From assembly GCA_964449205.1 (NCBI GenBank), contig CAYVBG010000001.1, positions 1 to 36,260 on the forward strand: a stretch of DNA of 36,260 nt. The letters are read 5' to 3'. Positions 13,609 through 21,547 of the stretch are shown one piece after another (position 1 is the stretch's first letter; each line of letters starts with the position of its first letter). The translations under genes and the position numbers were made by a program. Origin of the DNA: an uncultured Zetaproteobacteria bacterium (GTDB lineage Bacteria > Pseudomonadota > Zetaproteobacteria > Mariprofundales > Mariprofundaceae). The notes under the pieces were generated by a model. The model saw only the letters and a list, made by a program, of their open reading frames with translations. It had not been told where the DNA came from and did not search any database.

Positions 13609-16086
13609 TCAGGACAATGGCGTCATCAGCCCCTGCAAGGTGGCGATCAGTTCGCGATGGGCGAACGGCTTGCCGAGAAAGGCGTCGGCCGGCGCGTCGT
13701 CGTGCCCTGCGCCATACCCGGACACCAGAATCACCGGCACGTCCCTGCGGATATCCTTCATGCGGCGGCAGGCTTCCGCGCCGTTCATGCGCGGCATGTT
13801 CATGTCCAGCAACACCACCGAAAGTTCGGCCTGATGACGTTCGAACGCCTCCAGCCCCGCCAGCCCGTCTCCGGCGGTGACCACCTCCAGCCCCATGCGG
13901 GAGAGTACGTCGGCGGCCACTTCGCGCAGCACTTCCTCGTCGTCCACCACCAGCGCCATGCCGGAGAACCGGGCGGTCTCCGGCGCGGCGTCCGTATCGC
14001 GCGGCGTTTTGGCGGCGGATTCGAGCGCCGGAAACAGAATCCGGAATGTCGTGCCCCGGCCTGGCGCCGTTTGCAGATGAATCAGGCCGTGATGCTGATC
14101 CACGATACCAAGCAACGCGCTCATGCCCAACCCCCGGCCCGAACGTTTGGTGGTGAAGAAGGGATCAAAGATGCGTTGCCTTGTGGCCTCGTCCATGCCG
14201 CATCCGTCATCGCTTACCCGCAGGCATACATAATCGCCGGGTTCGCGACCGCCTCCCGCCAGGCATTCCGCCAGAAAGTCGCGATCCACCCGCATCAGGC
14301 CGGTGGCGATGACGATGCGTCCGGGGCGGTCGCCGATGGCTTCGTTGGCGTTGGTGATGAGATTCAGCGCCACCTGCTCCATCTGCGCCTCGTCTGCCCG
14401 GATCATCGGCAGATGCTCTGCCAGTTTTGTTTCGAGCCGCACTTGCTTGCCCAGCGAGACCTCGATCATGCCCGAGATCTCCCGCACGGCATCGTTCAGG
14501 CACAGTGGTCGGGGCGCGCGGACGGTGGATTGCCCGGCATAGGACAGCATTTGCCCGCAGAGCGCGCTGGCCCGCCGGCAGGCGCTCTCGATCTTGTGCA
14601 GGTGCTGGTCGGCGGGCGATGCCTTGCCGAGCTTCATCCGGGCCAGCGTTGCGTTGCCCATGATGGCGGCCAGAATGTTGTTGAAATCGTGCGCGATGCC
14701 GCCGGCCAGCACTCCAAGGCTCTCCAGTCGCTGCGCATGCTCCAGCCGGGCCCGGCGGTGCCGCTCTTCGGTGATATCGAAACTGACGCCCACCCAATAA
14801 CGCCCGCCATCTTCCACAAGCGGCGTGATGCGCCGCAGGAAATGCCTTCGTTGGCCGTTCACGTCCAGCACGCACTCGCCCTCCCAGCTCTGGCCGGAGC
14901 GAAAGCTGTCCATCATGGCGCGGCGGGCTTCATCGCTTTGGTGGCGTTCCATCAGGTTGCTCAAGCTGGTGGCCCCGAGCGTGGCGGCTTCCAGCCCCAG
15001 CGGTTGCAGGAAGGCGCGGTTGGCCCAGAGCAGGTGGCCCTGATCGTCGGCGACGAAGATGCCTTCCGACGCCTGCTCGATGGCGGCGCGCAACCGGCGC
15101 ATCCGGGTTTCGGCCTCGCGTTCGTGGCTGAGATCGTGTACGATGACCTCGGCGGCCGGCTTGCCGCGCCAGGTGATGGGAATGGCGGAGACCCGGGCCG
15201 GAAAACGGCTGCCGTCCACGCGCAGCAGCCATTCCTCGGCCGGTGGCAGCGCCACGCGCGCGGACGCCTTCAGGCGTTCCTGCACCATGTCGCGCGATTC
15301 GGATGCGACAAAATCCATCACGGCGCGGCCCACCAGCCCTTCACCGCCGGTTGCGCCAAACAGCCGTTCCGCCGCCGGGTTGCAGAACACGACCACACCC
15401 TCGCAATGCGCCACGACAGCGTCCGGCATGGCGTCGATCAGTTGGCGAAGCGCGCCCTTGGCGTGCGCATGTTCGATGGCAATCGCTGCCAGCGACGCGG
15501 CGGTTTCGATGATGTCGATTTCGGTGTCGGAGGGTTGGCGGGGCTCACCGTAATACATGGCGAAGGTGCCGAGCACTGCGCCATGTTCGTTCAGGATGGG
15601 TTGCGACCAGCAGGCGCGCAGGCCATGCGACAGCGTGAAGTCCCGAAAGGCCGACCACAAGGGGCTGTCGCCGATGTCTTCCGCGATGACGCGCTCCTTG
15701 CGGTGCGCCGCCGAGCCGCAGCATCCAACTCCGGGGCCGATGGCCAGCCCGTTGACCGCATCCGTGTATGCTTCCGGCAGGCTGGGCGCGGCGCCGCTCA
15801 CCAGGCGCTTGCCATCGGGGCCGACCAACAGCACCGAGCAGCGCATGCCGGGGCACAGGGCCTCAACCTCCCGGATCAGAGCCTCAAGCGCCCCGGTCAG
15901 GTCTTGCCCGGCGCGCATGACCGCTTCCAGCGCGCGCGGGCGCGCAGAGCCAACAGCCGCTCCCGGGCGGGTGCGGATGGCAATGGGGGTGGTTCGCCGT
16001 CGGGCGGCCGCTCTTCCATTCGCCCCTCCAATGTTCAGCTTCCGGCGGAGAAGCTTTGCAGCAAGGATGCGGCAACCAGATGCCAT
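13609..16086 (-). CDS. Cytoplasmic hybrid sensor histidine kinase (GAF-PAS-PAS-HisKA-HATPase-REC)
   Basis: GAF-like segment (LCPGMRCSVLLVGPDGKRL...GVGCCGSAAHRKERV...ACWSQPILNEHGAVLGTFAMYY). Two PAS-like segments (LIDAMPDAVV...; IEQASEGIFVADDQGHLLWANRAF...). H-box GGIAHDFNNILAAI. N/G boxes NLITNANEAI, DDGCGMD and GRGLGMS. Receiver ALVVDDEE...VLLDMNMPRMNG...GKPF. No TM helix. Start uncertain: ATG 16086 overlaps fliP by 52 nt, while ATG 15918 (MRAGQDL) would give 769 aa. Confidence 0.85.
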   Translation of the reverse strand: MASGCRILAAKLLRRKLNIGGANGRAAARRRTTPIAIRTRPGAAVGSARPRALEAVMRAGQDLTGALEALIREVEALCPGMRCSVLLVGPDGKRLVSGAAPSLPEAYTDAVNGLAIGPGVGCCGSAAHRKERVIAEDIGDSPLWSAFRDFTLSHGLRACWSQPILNEHGAVLGTFAMYYGEPRQPSDTEIDIIETAASLAAIAIEHAHAKGALRQLIDAMPDAVVAHCEGVVVFCNPAAERLFGATGGEGLVGRAVMDFVASESRDMVQERLKASARVALPPAEEWLLRVDGSRFPARVSAIPITWRGKPAAEVIVHDLSHEREAETRMRRLRAAIEQASEGIFVADDQGHLLWANRAFLQPLGLEAATLGATSLSNLMERHQSDEARRAMMDSFRSGQSWEGECVLDVNGQRRHFLRRITPLVEDGGRYWVGVSFDITEERHRRARLEHAQRLESLGVLAGGIAHDFNNILAAIMGNATLARMKLGKASPADQHLHKIESACRRASALCGQMLSYAGQSTVRAPRPLCLNDAVREISGMIEVSLGKQVRLETKLAEHLPMIRADEAQMEQVALNLITNANEAIGDRPGRIVIATGLMRVDRDFLAECLAGGGREPGDYVCLRVSDDGCGMDEATRQRIFDPFFTTKRSGRGLGMSALLGIVDQHHGLIHLQTAPGRGTTFRILFPALESAAKTPRDTDAAPETARFSGMALVVDDEEVLREVAADVLSRMGLEVVTAGDGLAGLEAFERHQAELSVVLLDMNMPRMNGAEACRRMKDIRRDVPVILVSGYGAGHDDAPADAFLGKPFAHRELIATLQGLMTPLS

Positions 16087-16811
16087 CCGTCAACCAGCAC
16101 GAACAGAATGAGTTTCAAGGGCAGTGAAATCATCACCGGCGGCAGCATCATCATGCCCATGCTCATCAGCACACTGGCCACCACCATGTCCAGCACCACG
16201 AAGGGGATATAGATCAGGAATCCGATTTCGAAGGCAGTGCGAAGCTCGCTGATGACGAAGGCCGGAATCAGCGCCCGCATCGGCGTGGCGTCCGGCGTGT
16301 CGGGTTTGGGGATGCGTCCCGCGCGCATGAACATCAGCAGATCATCCTCGCGCGTCTGTTTGAGCATGAATGCCCGCAACGGGCGGGCGGCGCGTTCGAA
16401 GGCCGCTTGTTGGCTGATCTCTTCGTTCAGGTAGGGGGTCAACGCGGTGGCGTCAATTTTTTGCCACACCGGTGTCATGATGAACAGGGTCATGAACAGC
16501 GCCAGACCGATGAGCACCTGGTTGGGCGGCGTCTGCTGGGTGCCCAATGCCTGCCGCAAAAAGGCGAACACCACCAGGATGCGCGTGAACGAGGTCATCA
16601 GCACCAGAATGGACGGCGCCAGCGCCAGCACGGTGAGCAGCGCCAGAATCTTCAGGCCGGTGAACCAGTCCTCGGGACTGTCCGCGCCTTCGAGTGAAAT
16701 GCTCAGGCGGGGGATCTCCGCGCTCCAGGCGTTCGCGCTCGCGCTCAGCAACATCAGCAGCAGGATGCCGGTCGGCCAGATGGCGCGGGCGCGCATGTGC
16801 CGGTCGGTCAT
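16035..16811 (-). CDS. fliP: Flagellar export apparatus protein FliP
   Basis: 258 aa with a signal-like N-terminus and the family signature LVLMTSFTRILVVFAFLRQALGTQQTPPNQVLIGLALFMTLFIMTPV. ATGA overlap with the fliO stop. Confidence 0.95.
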   Translation of the reverse strand: MTDRHMRARAIWPTGILLLMLLSASANAWSAEIPRLSISLEGADSPEDWFTGLKILALLTVLALAPSILVLMTSFTRILVVFAFLRQALGTQQTPPNQVLIGLALFMTLFIMTPVWQKIDATALTPYLNEEISQQAAFERAARPLRAFMLKQTREDDLLMFMRAGRIPKPDTPDATPMRALIPAFVISELRTAFEIGFLIYIPFVVLDMVVASVLMSMGMMMLPPVMISLPLKLILFVLVDGWHLVAASLLQSFSAGS

Positions 16812-17134
16812 GGCTTCTCCCGCGCGTCGGCGCGCCCGCTGGCTGGCGTCCCGGCATGTGTTGCTTCCGTCGGCGGATCATAGTCGCCCAGCGCCGTCAG
16901 TCCTTCGGGAGAAACACCCACCAGCCAGCGCCGCCCGCCGGCTTCCAGCTCCACCACGCTGTGCCGCGCGTCGATGGCGCAGCGTGCCGCCACGCGCATT
17001 TCTCCGCCAGTCGATGCGTGAGGCATGCGTTGTTGCCATCGGCGCAACAGCCAGACCAGGCCGGCGAACAGCGCCAGCACGGCGGCCAGCGCCGCCAGCG
17101 ACTGGAGCAGCATCGTCATCATATTGGCGCTCAT
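16808..17134 (-). CDS. fliO: Flagellar protein FliO
   Basis: 108 aa with a single N-terminal TM (LLQSLAALAAVLALFAGLVWLL) and then a segment like RWLVGVSPEGLTAL. It sits between fliN and fliP. Confidence 0.75.
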   Translation of the reverse strand: MSANMMTMLLQSLAALAAVLALFAGLVWLLRRWQQRMPHASTGGEMRVAARCAIDARHSVVELEAGGRRWLVGVSPEGLTALGDYDPPTEATHAGTPASGRADAREKP

Positions 17135-17146
17135 GCGGTGGCTGGC

Positions 17147-17500
17147 TCAGGCCAGCGTCCGGATGCGTTCGCCTGCCGGCAGGATTTCCAGGATGCGCAC
17201 ACCCAGCTTGCCGTCGGCGGAAACGATTTCACCCCGGGCGAAGGCACGGCCATTGGCGCAGATATCCACCGGTGCACCGGCCTCTTTTTGCAGATCCACC
17301 ACCGCACCCCGGCCCAGCCGGGCCACCATGTGCAGCGGCAGTTGCACCCGCCCCAGCTCCACGCTCACTTGCAGAGGGATGTGCATGATGCTTTCCAGGT
17401 TGGGGGTGGTTTCGCCCGCCGGCGGGGCGGATTCCTGCCCGGGCGCGGATGCGGCCGGGGGGGCGGATGACGGTGCGGTTTCCGTGGCGGTTTCGGTCAT
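17147..17500 (-). CDS. fliN: Flagellar C-ring protein FliN
   Basis: 117 aa with a SpoA-type domain IPLQVSVELGRVQLPLHMVARLGRGAVVDLQKEAGAPVDICANGRAFARGEIV. ATGA overlap with the fliM stop. Confidence 0.9.
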   Translation of the reverse strand: MTETATETAPSSAPPAASAPGQESAPPAGETTPNLESIMHIPLQVSVELGRVQLPLHMVARLGRGAVVDLQKEAGAPVDICANGRAFARGEIVSADGKLGVRILEILPAGERIRTLA

Positions 17501-18525
17501 GTCGGTTCTCCTTGCCTGTCGATGATTTCGGCGGCGAGCCAGCCATCCCGCTGGCCGGCGATGGCCGTGAACACGGGCTCGGACTCGATCCAGATATCCA
17601 GCGGATCGTTTTCACGCCGGCCCAGCGGCAATCGGTCGCCGGGTTTGAGCGCCAGAAAGCGGCGGACATCCATCGACACGCGCCCCAGTTCCACGCGCAA
17701 CGTCACGGGCGTGGGCGCCAGCGCCGCCGTCATGGCCGCGCGCCACTCCGGGTCGGTGTCGTGGGCGTCGCCCGGAGGGGTGTCGCGCAGCTGGTCGAGA
17801 ATGGGGTCGAGAAATGCGCGAGGGAAATGCAGGCCGATTTCGCCCGCCAATCCCGAGGCGGTCGTGATGCGGTGCACGGCGCTGAAGCACGGGTCGTCCG
17901 CCGCCGCCACACCCAGAAACTGCGGGTCGGTGTCGGTGCGTTTGAGCACGAAATCCATCGGAAACACCGGTTGCCACGCATTCTCCATCATGTGTTCGAT
18001 GTCGTTGGCCAGGCGCTTGCGGCACAGCCGCTCTTCCACCGGCGAGAGTGTGTTGGCGTCTTGCGGCGCCTCGCCCTGGCCGCCGAGCAGGGCGTCCACA
18101 TAGGCCACGGCCAGCGGAATGGTCACGCGGGCCAGCATCAGGCCCAGCCCGGCGTTTTCATACACCAGATACAGCGCGGGGTGATCGGCGTCGGTGATGT
18201 CGCCATAACGGGTCAGCGCGGGCGCCTCCATGCCGATCTCCAGTTCCTGCCGGAATCGCTCCTGCCAGTGCTCGTTCAGGATTTCGGAGAAACGCTCCTG
18301 CACGCGGGTGAACAGCGGGAATCGGTCCGGGCCGTCCGGGCCTTGCTGGCCAAGGTCAAGGGGCTCCACATGTTCCGGCTGCGGCAGTGGCGGCAGTGTG
18401 GCGAACAGCGCCGCGGCCGATTCGTCCGGGCTGATTTGTTCCATCAGCGCGGCGACTTCCTCCGGCGCCAGCACCGGCCCGTCGGGGCCGGTCCGGGCCC
18501 GGGAGTTCGTGGCCGGGGCGGTCAT
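17497..18525 (-). CDS. fliM: Flagellar C-ring protein FliM
   Basis: 342 aa with N-terminal VLAPEEVAALMEQ (CheY-P-binding-type peptide), a middle domain, and a C-terminal SpoA-like region RVELGRVSMDVRRFLALKPGDRLPL. ATGA overlap with the fliL stop. Confidence 0.9.
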   Translation of the reverse strand: MTAPATNSRARTGPDGPVLAPEEVAALMEQISPDESAAALFATLPPLPQPEHVEPLDLGQQGPDGPDRFPLFTRVQERFSEILNEHWQERFRQELEIGMEAPALTRYGDITDADHPALYLVYENAGLGLMLARVTIPLAVAYVDALLGGQGEAPQDANTLSPVEERLCRKRLANDIEHMMENAWQPVFPMDFVLKRTDTDPQFLGVAAADDPCFSAVHRITTASGLAGEIGLHFPRAFLDPILDQLRDTPPGDAHDTDPEWRAAMTAALAPTPVTLRVELGRVSMDVRRFLALKPGDRLPLGRRENDPLDIWIESEPVFTAIAGQRDGWLAAEIIDRQGEPT

Positions 18526-19040
18526 TGCGAGACGAAATCCGTGAAGTAGAGCGTTTTCACGGGTTTGCCGCCCACGGCCCGGTTGATGCGGTAGATGAGT
18601 TCTTCCTTCAGCGCATATTTGCCTTGGGGCGTGCGAATGTCCGAAAACTTCTTGCTGGAGAGCACGGTGATGATGAGGTCGTCGATCTTGGCCTTGTTGG
18701 CTTCGATCTTCGCCTTGGCGTCCTCGCTCCGCAGCGCCAGCTTGATTTTGGTGCGCAGGAACCGGCTGGCGTCGGTGTCCGCCAGATTGACCGTGATGTT
18801 GTCCAGCTCCATCAGCACCGGCGGTGCGCCGGAGTCGTCCTCGGCCTCCGGCACGACCGCATCCTCATTTTGGGTCGCCGGCGCAGCGGGGGCGGCGCCC
18901 TGCTGCTTGAGCTGCATCAGTTCCCAGGCGATGAACCCGCCCACGCCCAACAGCAGCACCAGCAGCACCAGATTGATGATCGGCAGCAGTCCGCCGCCGG
19001 ATTTCTTTTCCTGTTCCTTTGCATCCTTGTCGTCGGCCAT
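18522..19040 (-). CDS. fliL: Flagellar basal-body-associated protein FliL
   Basis: 172 aa from ATG 19040 (GGAG RBS): MADDKDAKEQEKKSGGGLLPIINLVLLVLLLGVGGFIAW, with a single TM. The FliL body follows: ELDNITVNLADTDASRFLRTKIKLAL...YFTDFVSQ. The ORF-track start 19145 overlaps the upstream gene. Confidence 0.9.
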   Translation of the reverse strand: MADDKDAKEQEKKSGGGLLPIINLVLLVLLLGVGGFIAWELMQLKQQGAAPAAPATQNEDAVVPEAEDDSGAPPVLMELDNITVNLADTDASRFLRTKIKLALRSEDAKAKIEANKAKIDDLIITVLSSKKFSDIRTPQGKYALKEELIYRINRAVGGKPVKTLYFTDFVSQ

Positions 19041-19053
19041 GGTTCGCTCCGTT

Positions 19054-19800
19054 TCAGTGTTCCTGTTGTTCGCGTTCGCGCGCGGCGGCGCGGCGCGGGT
19101 CTTCATACAGCACGATGTCCACCCGCCGGTTGCGCGCCCGGCCATAGGGGGTTGCCTCGGTGGAGACGGGTCGGGACGGGCCGTATCCGGCGATGGACAG
19201 CCGGGCCGGATTCACGCCGGCGTCCTCCAGCACATGCAAGACTGATGCCGCCCGCGCCAGCGACAGGCTCCACGGGTCGGGCCAAGGGCTGTTCGCCGGC
19301 AGGGCCGAGGTGTCGGTATGGCCCTCGATGCGAATCAGGCCGGGCGAGGCGGCCAGCATGCGCGCCAGACGCCGCAACGCGCGCACGTGCTTTGCGTTCA
19401 GGTTCGCCTGTCCGCGCGCGAACAGTACGGCGTCCGGGATGCGAAGGATCAGGCGGTTGTTCAGAATCACCGCATTGACCTTGTGCTCCAGGGTGCTGTT
19501 TTTCAGCACGACCCTCGAGTTCTGGCGCATGGCCAGCATCAGCTCGCGCGGGGAGACGATGCGTTGGAGTTTGAACGGCTGAATCATCTGCATTTCGGTC
19601 TTGCTGCCGGCGTTCAGCACCGACACCGCCTTGCGGAAGTAGCTGGAAATGTCCGAAAGCCCGGTCTGGTCCAGTGTGGACATGGACACCAACAGGATGA
19701 AGAAGGTCAGCATCAGGCTGACCAGATCGGCGAAGGTGCCCATCCACGATTCGGTGTCGGGCAGCAGCTCCGGTTCCTGCTTTCTCCTGCGGCGCGCCAT
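19054..19800 (-). CDS. motB: Stator B subunit, PomB/MotB-like with OmpA-type peptidoglycan-binding domain
   Basis: 248 aa. WMGTFADLVSLMLTFFILLVSMS closely resembles the PomB/MotB channel helix and includes the conserved Asp. The C-terminal OmpA-like region reads RIEGHTDT...SLSLARAASVLHVLEDAGV...NRRVDIVL. Confidence 0.85.
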   Translation of the reverse strand: MARRRRKQEPELLPDTESWMGTFADLVSLMLTFFILLVSMSTLDQTGLSDISSYFRKAVSVLNAGSKTEMQMIQPFKLQRIVSPRELMLAMRQNSRVVLKNSTLEHKVNAVILNNRLILRIPDAVLFARGQANLNAKHVRALRRLARMLAASPGLIRIEGHTDTSALPANSPWPDPWSLSLARAASVLHVLEDAGVNPARLSIAGYGPSRPVSTEATPYGRARNRRVDIVLYEDPRRAAAREREQQEH

Positions 19801-19802
19801 CG

Positions 19803-20579
19803 TCAGAACCTTGTCGGTGGCGCTACGGTGGGGCGCGAAATCACGTTCAGCGTGGGTTTGACCGTGTCCTCGGGCTTGGCCGTGACCGGGCGGAACTTCA
19901 ACGTGATCTCGACACGGCGGCTCATGTCCTGGCCATCGACGGTGAGCGGGTGCTTGTCGCCCATGCCGGCGACGATCATGCGGCCGCGCGGCACGCCGCG
20001 CGTCTCCAACGCCTTGAACACGCTCATCGCGCGCGCGGCGGAGAGTTCCCAGTTCGAGGGATAGAGCGTGCCGCGCGTCGGCGTTTCGTCCGTATGCCCC
20101 TCAATGGTGATTTCCACCACCTCGGGGCGGGCGAACAGCCCGGCCAGCCGGTCCATCAGTTTGTTCGCCGCGGGGGCGAGCGCAATCTTGCCGGGCGGAA
20201 AGACGATGCGTTCCGCCAGCCGCACCCTGACCGTCTCCTTGTCCAGTGGCAGCACATGGATGGCGTGTTGCAGGCCCAGCTCCCGGGCCACGTCGGTCAG
20301 CGCCTTGGCCGTGCGCTTGGGCGCCTTGGCCCCGTCCACGATGTCACGCGCGGGCAGCGCCGGGCCCTGGCCCCGGCTCAGGTTGGCGCCACGCCGCAGC
20401 GGGCTGAAGGTGCCCGCCAGCGAACCCAGCGCGGCCAACCGCTTTTCCTCCACGATCACGGCCATGGACGTGAGCAGGATGAAGAAGGCCAGCATCTGCA
20501 TCATCAGCTCCAGAAACAGCGCCCCGGCGATGTCCTTCGGTGGCTGAATCGGATCGGGCTTTTTCTCGCGCTTGGCCAT
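19803..20579 (-). CDS. Divergent MotB-type paralog (TM helix plus OmpA-like domain) with Glu at the conserved Asp position
   Basis: 258 aa. The TM helix GALFLELMMQMLAFFILLTSMA aligns on the AFF motif with E. coli MotB YADFMTAMMAFF, placing Glu24 (GAG, 20510..20508) where the Asp sits. The OmpA-like C-terminus reads ITIEGHTDE...NWELSAARAMSVFKALETRGV...SRRVEITL. Confidence 0.75.
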   Translation of the reverse strand: MAKREKKPDPIQPPKDIAGALFLELMMQMLAFFILLTSMAVIVEEKRLAALGSLAGTFSPLRRGANLSRGQGPALPARDIVDGAKAPKRTAKALTDVARELGLQHAIHVLPLDKETVRVRLAERIVFPPGKIALAPAANKLMDRLAGLFARPEVVEITIEGHTDETPTRGTLYPSNWELSAARAMSVFKALETRGVPRGRMIVAGMGDKHPLTVDGQDMSRRVEITLKFRPVTAKPEDTVKPTLNVISRPTVAPPTRF

Positions 20580-20607
20580 GCGGTTGTGTCCGTTGTCCGT
20601 TGGCCGA

Positions 20608-21366
20608 TCAGTCGAACGAGGACTGGCGTTCCTTGGGCGGCAGGAATCCGAGCAGCTTTTGCTCCATCACCCGCGGGTTTTCGCCTGCCACCAGCGACTG
20701 GATGCCGGTGAGGATGATTTCGTGCAGCAGCAACTCGTCCTTGCTGCGCGATTTCAGCTTGGCCGCCATCGGCAGCGCCACCAGATTGGCGATCAGCGCG
20801 CCGTAGAACGTGGTCAGCAATGCCACGGCCATCGAGGGGCCGATGGATGATGGGTCAGACATGTTTTGCAACATCAACACCAGGCCCACCAGTGTGCCGA
20901 TCATGCCCATGGCCGGCGCCATCGTGCCCAGTTGCGTCAAAAGATCGGCGCCCTTGCCATGCCGATCCTTCAGTTTTTCCATCTCCATGTAGAGGATGTC
21001 CTCGATTTCGTTGGGCTCCTGCCCGTCGATGGCCATTTGCAATCCCTTGGCCATGAACGGGTTGTCCACGTCGCCCACCTTCGATTCGAGGGCCAGGATG
21101 CCTTCCTTGCGCACCACCTGCGAAAACTCGACCAGCTGCGCGATGACATCCTTGGGCGCGGGCAGCTTGTAAATGAAGGTTTTCATGGATACGCCGATGA
21201 TCTTGAGCACGTCGCCCAGCGGGTAGCTGACCAGCATCACGCCGACGGTGCCGCCGATCACGATCATGGCGGATGGAGGGTCGATGAAGCTGGAGAGACC
21301 GCTGCCGATGGCGAAGACCACCAGGCCGAAGGCAAGTACCAGACCGATGAGGGTTGCAATGTCCAC
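20608..21366 (-). CDS. motA: Stator A subunit, MotA/PomA family
   Basis: 252 aa with a GTG start and AGGAG RBS 7 nt upstream. MDIATLIGLVLAFGL... and ...GTMAPAMGMIGTLVGLVLMLQNMSDPSSIGPSMAVALLTTFYGALIANLV closely resemble PomA/MotA. Confidence 0.9.
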   Translation of the reverse strand: MDIATLIGLVLAFGLVVFAIGSGLSSFIDPPSAMIVIGGTVGVMLVSYPLGDVLKIIGVSMKTFIYKLPAPKDVIAQLVEFSQVVRKEGILALESKVGDVDNPFMAKGLQMAIDGQEPNEIEDILYMEMEKLKDRHGKGADLLTQLGTMAPAMGMIGTLVGLVLMLQNMSDPSSIGPSMAVALLTTFYGALIANLVALPMAAKLKSRSKDELLLHEIILTGIQSLVAGENPRVMEQKLLGFLPPKERQSSFD

Positions 21367-21422
21367 GGTTCCACTCCTCGCGAATCGAATACGTCCCTGT
21401 ATTCAGGGGGCCGCACGCTGCT

Positions 21423-21438
21423 CACAAGAAGCATGCCA
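21423..21438 (-). promoter_or_regulatory. Weak sigma54-type promoter candidate upstream of motA
   Basis: The minus strand reads TGGCAT-GCTTC-TTGTG. The -24 element is good, but the -12 dinucleotide is GT instead of GC. Predicted +1 is near 21412, giving a leader of about 46 nt, similar to flgF. Confidence 0.35.
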
Positions 21439-21485
21439 TTTTGGCATGGCGCTTCGCGGCGGGCGTTGCGGCCGGGCGGGAAGAG

Positions 21486-21519
21486 CCAAAACAATGGCGG
21501 AGGCCGATTGGCCTCCGCC
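21486..21519 (-). terminator. Rho-independent terminator after flgE
   Basis: On the minus strand, GGCGGAGGCC-aatc-GGCCTCCGCC forms a perfect 10-bp stem followed by ATTGTTTTGG. It starts 29 nt after the flgE stop. Confidence 0.7.
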
Positions 21520-21547
21520 GAGCGCCCTTCCGGTTCAGGGATCAGCG

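Noticed and set aside
13513-16212. 899-aa plus-strand ORF
   Set aside because: It is antisense to the hybrid histidine kinase, whose H, N, G and receiver boxes are all readable on the minus strand. It has no motifs of its own.
21442-21456. Plus-strand TGGCAT-GGCGC-TTCGC near the motA/flgE gap
   Set aside because: The -12 dinucleotide is CG rather than GC, and it points into the 3' end of flgE on the wrong strand. It is the mirror half of the palindrome noted in the findings.
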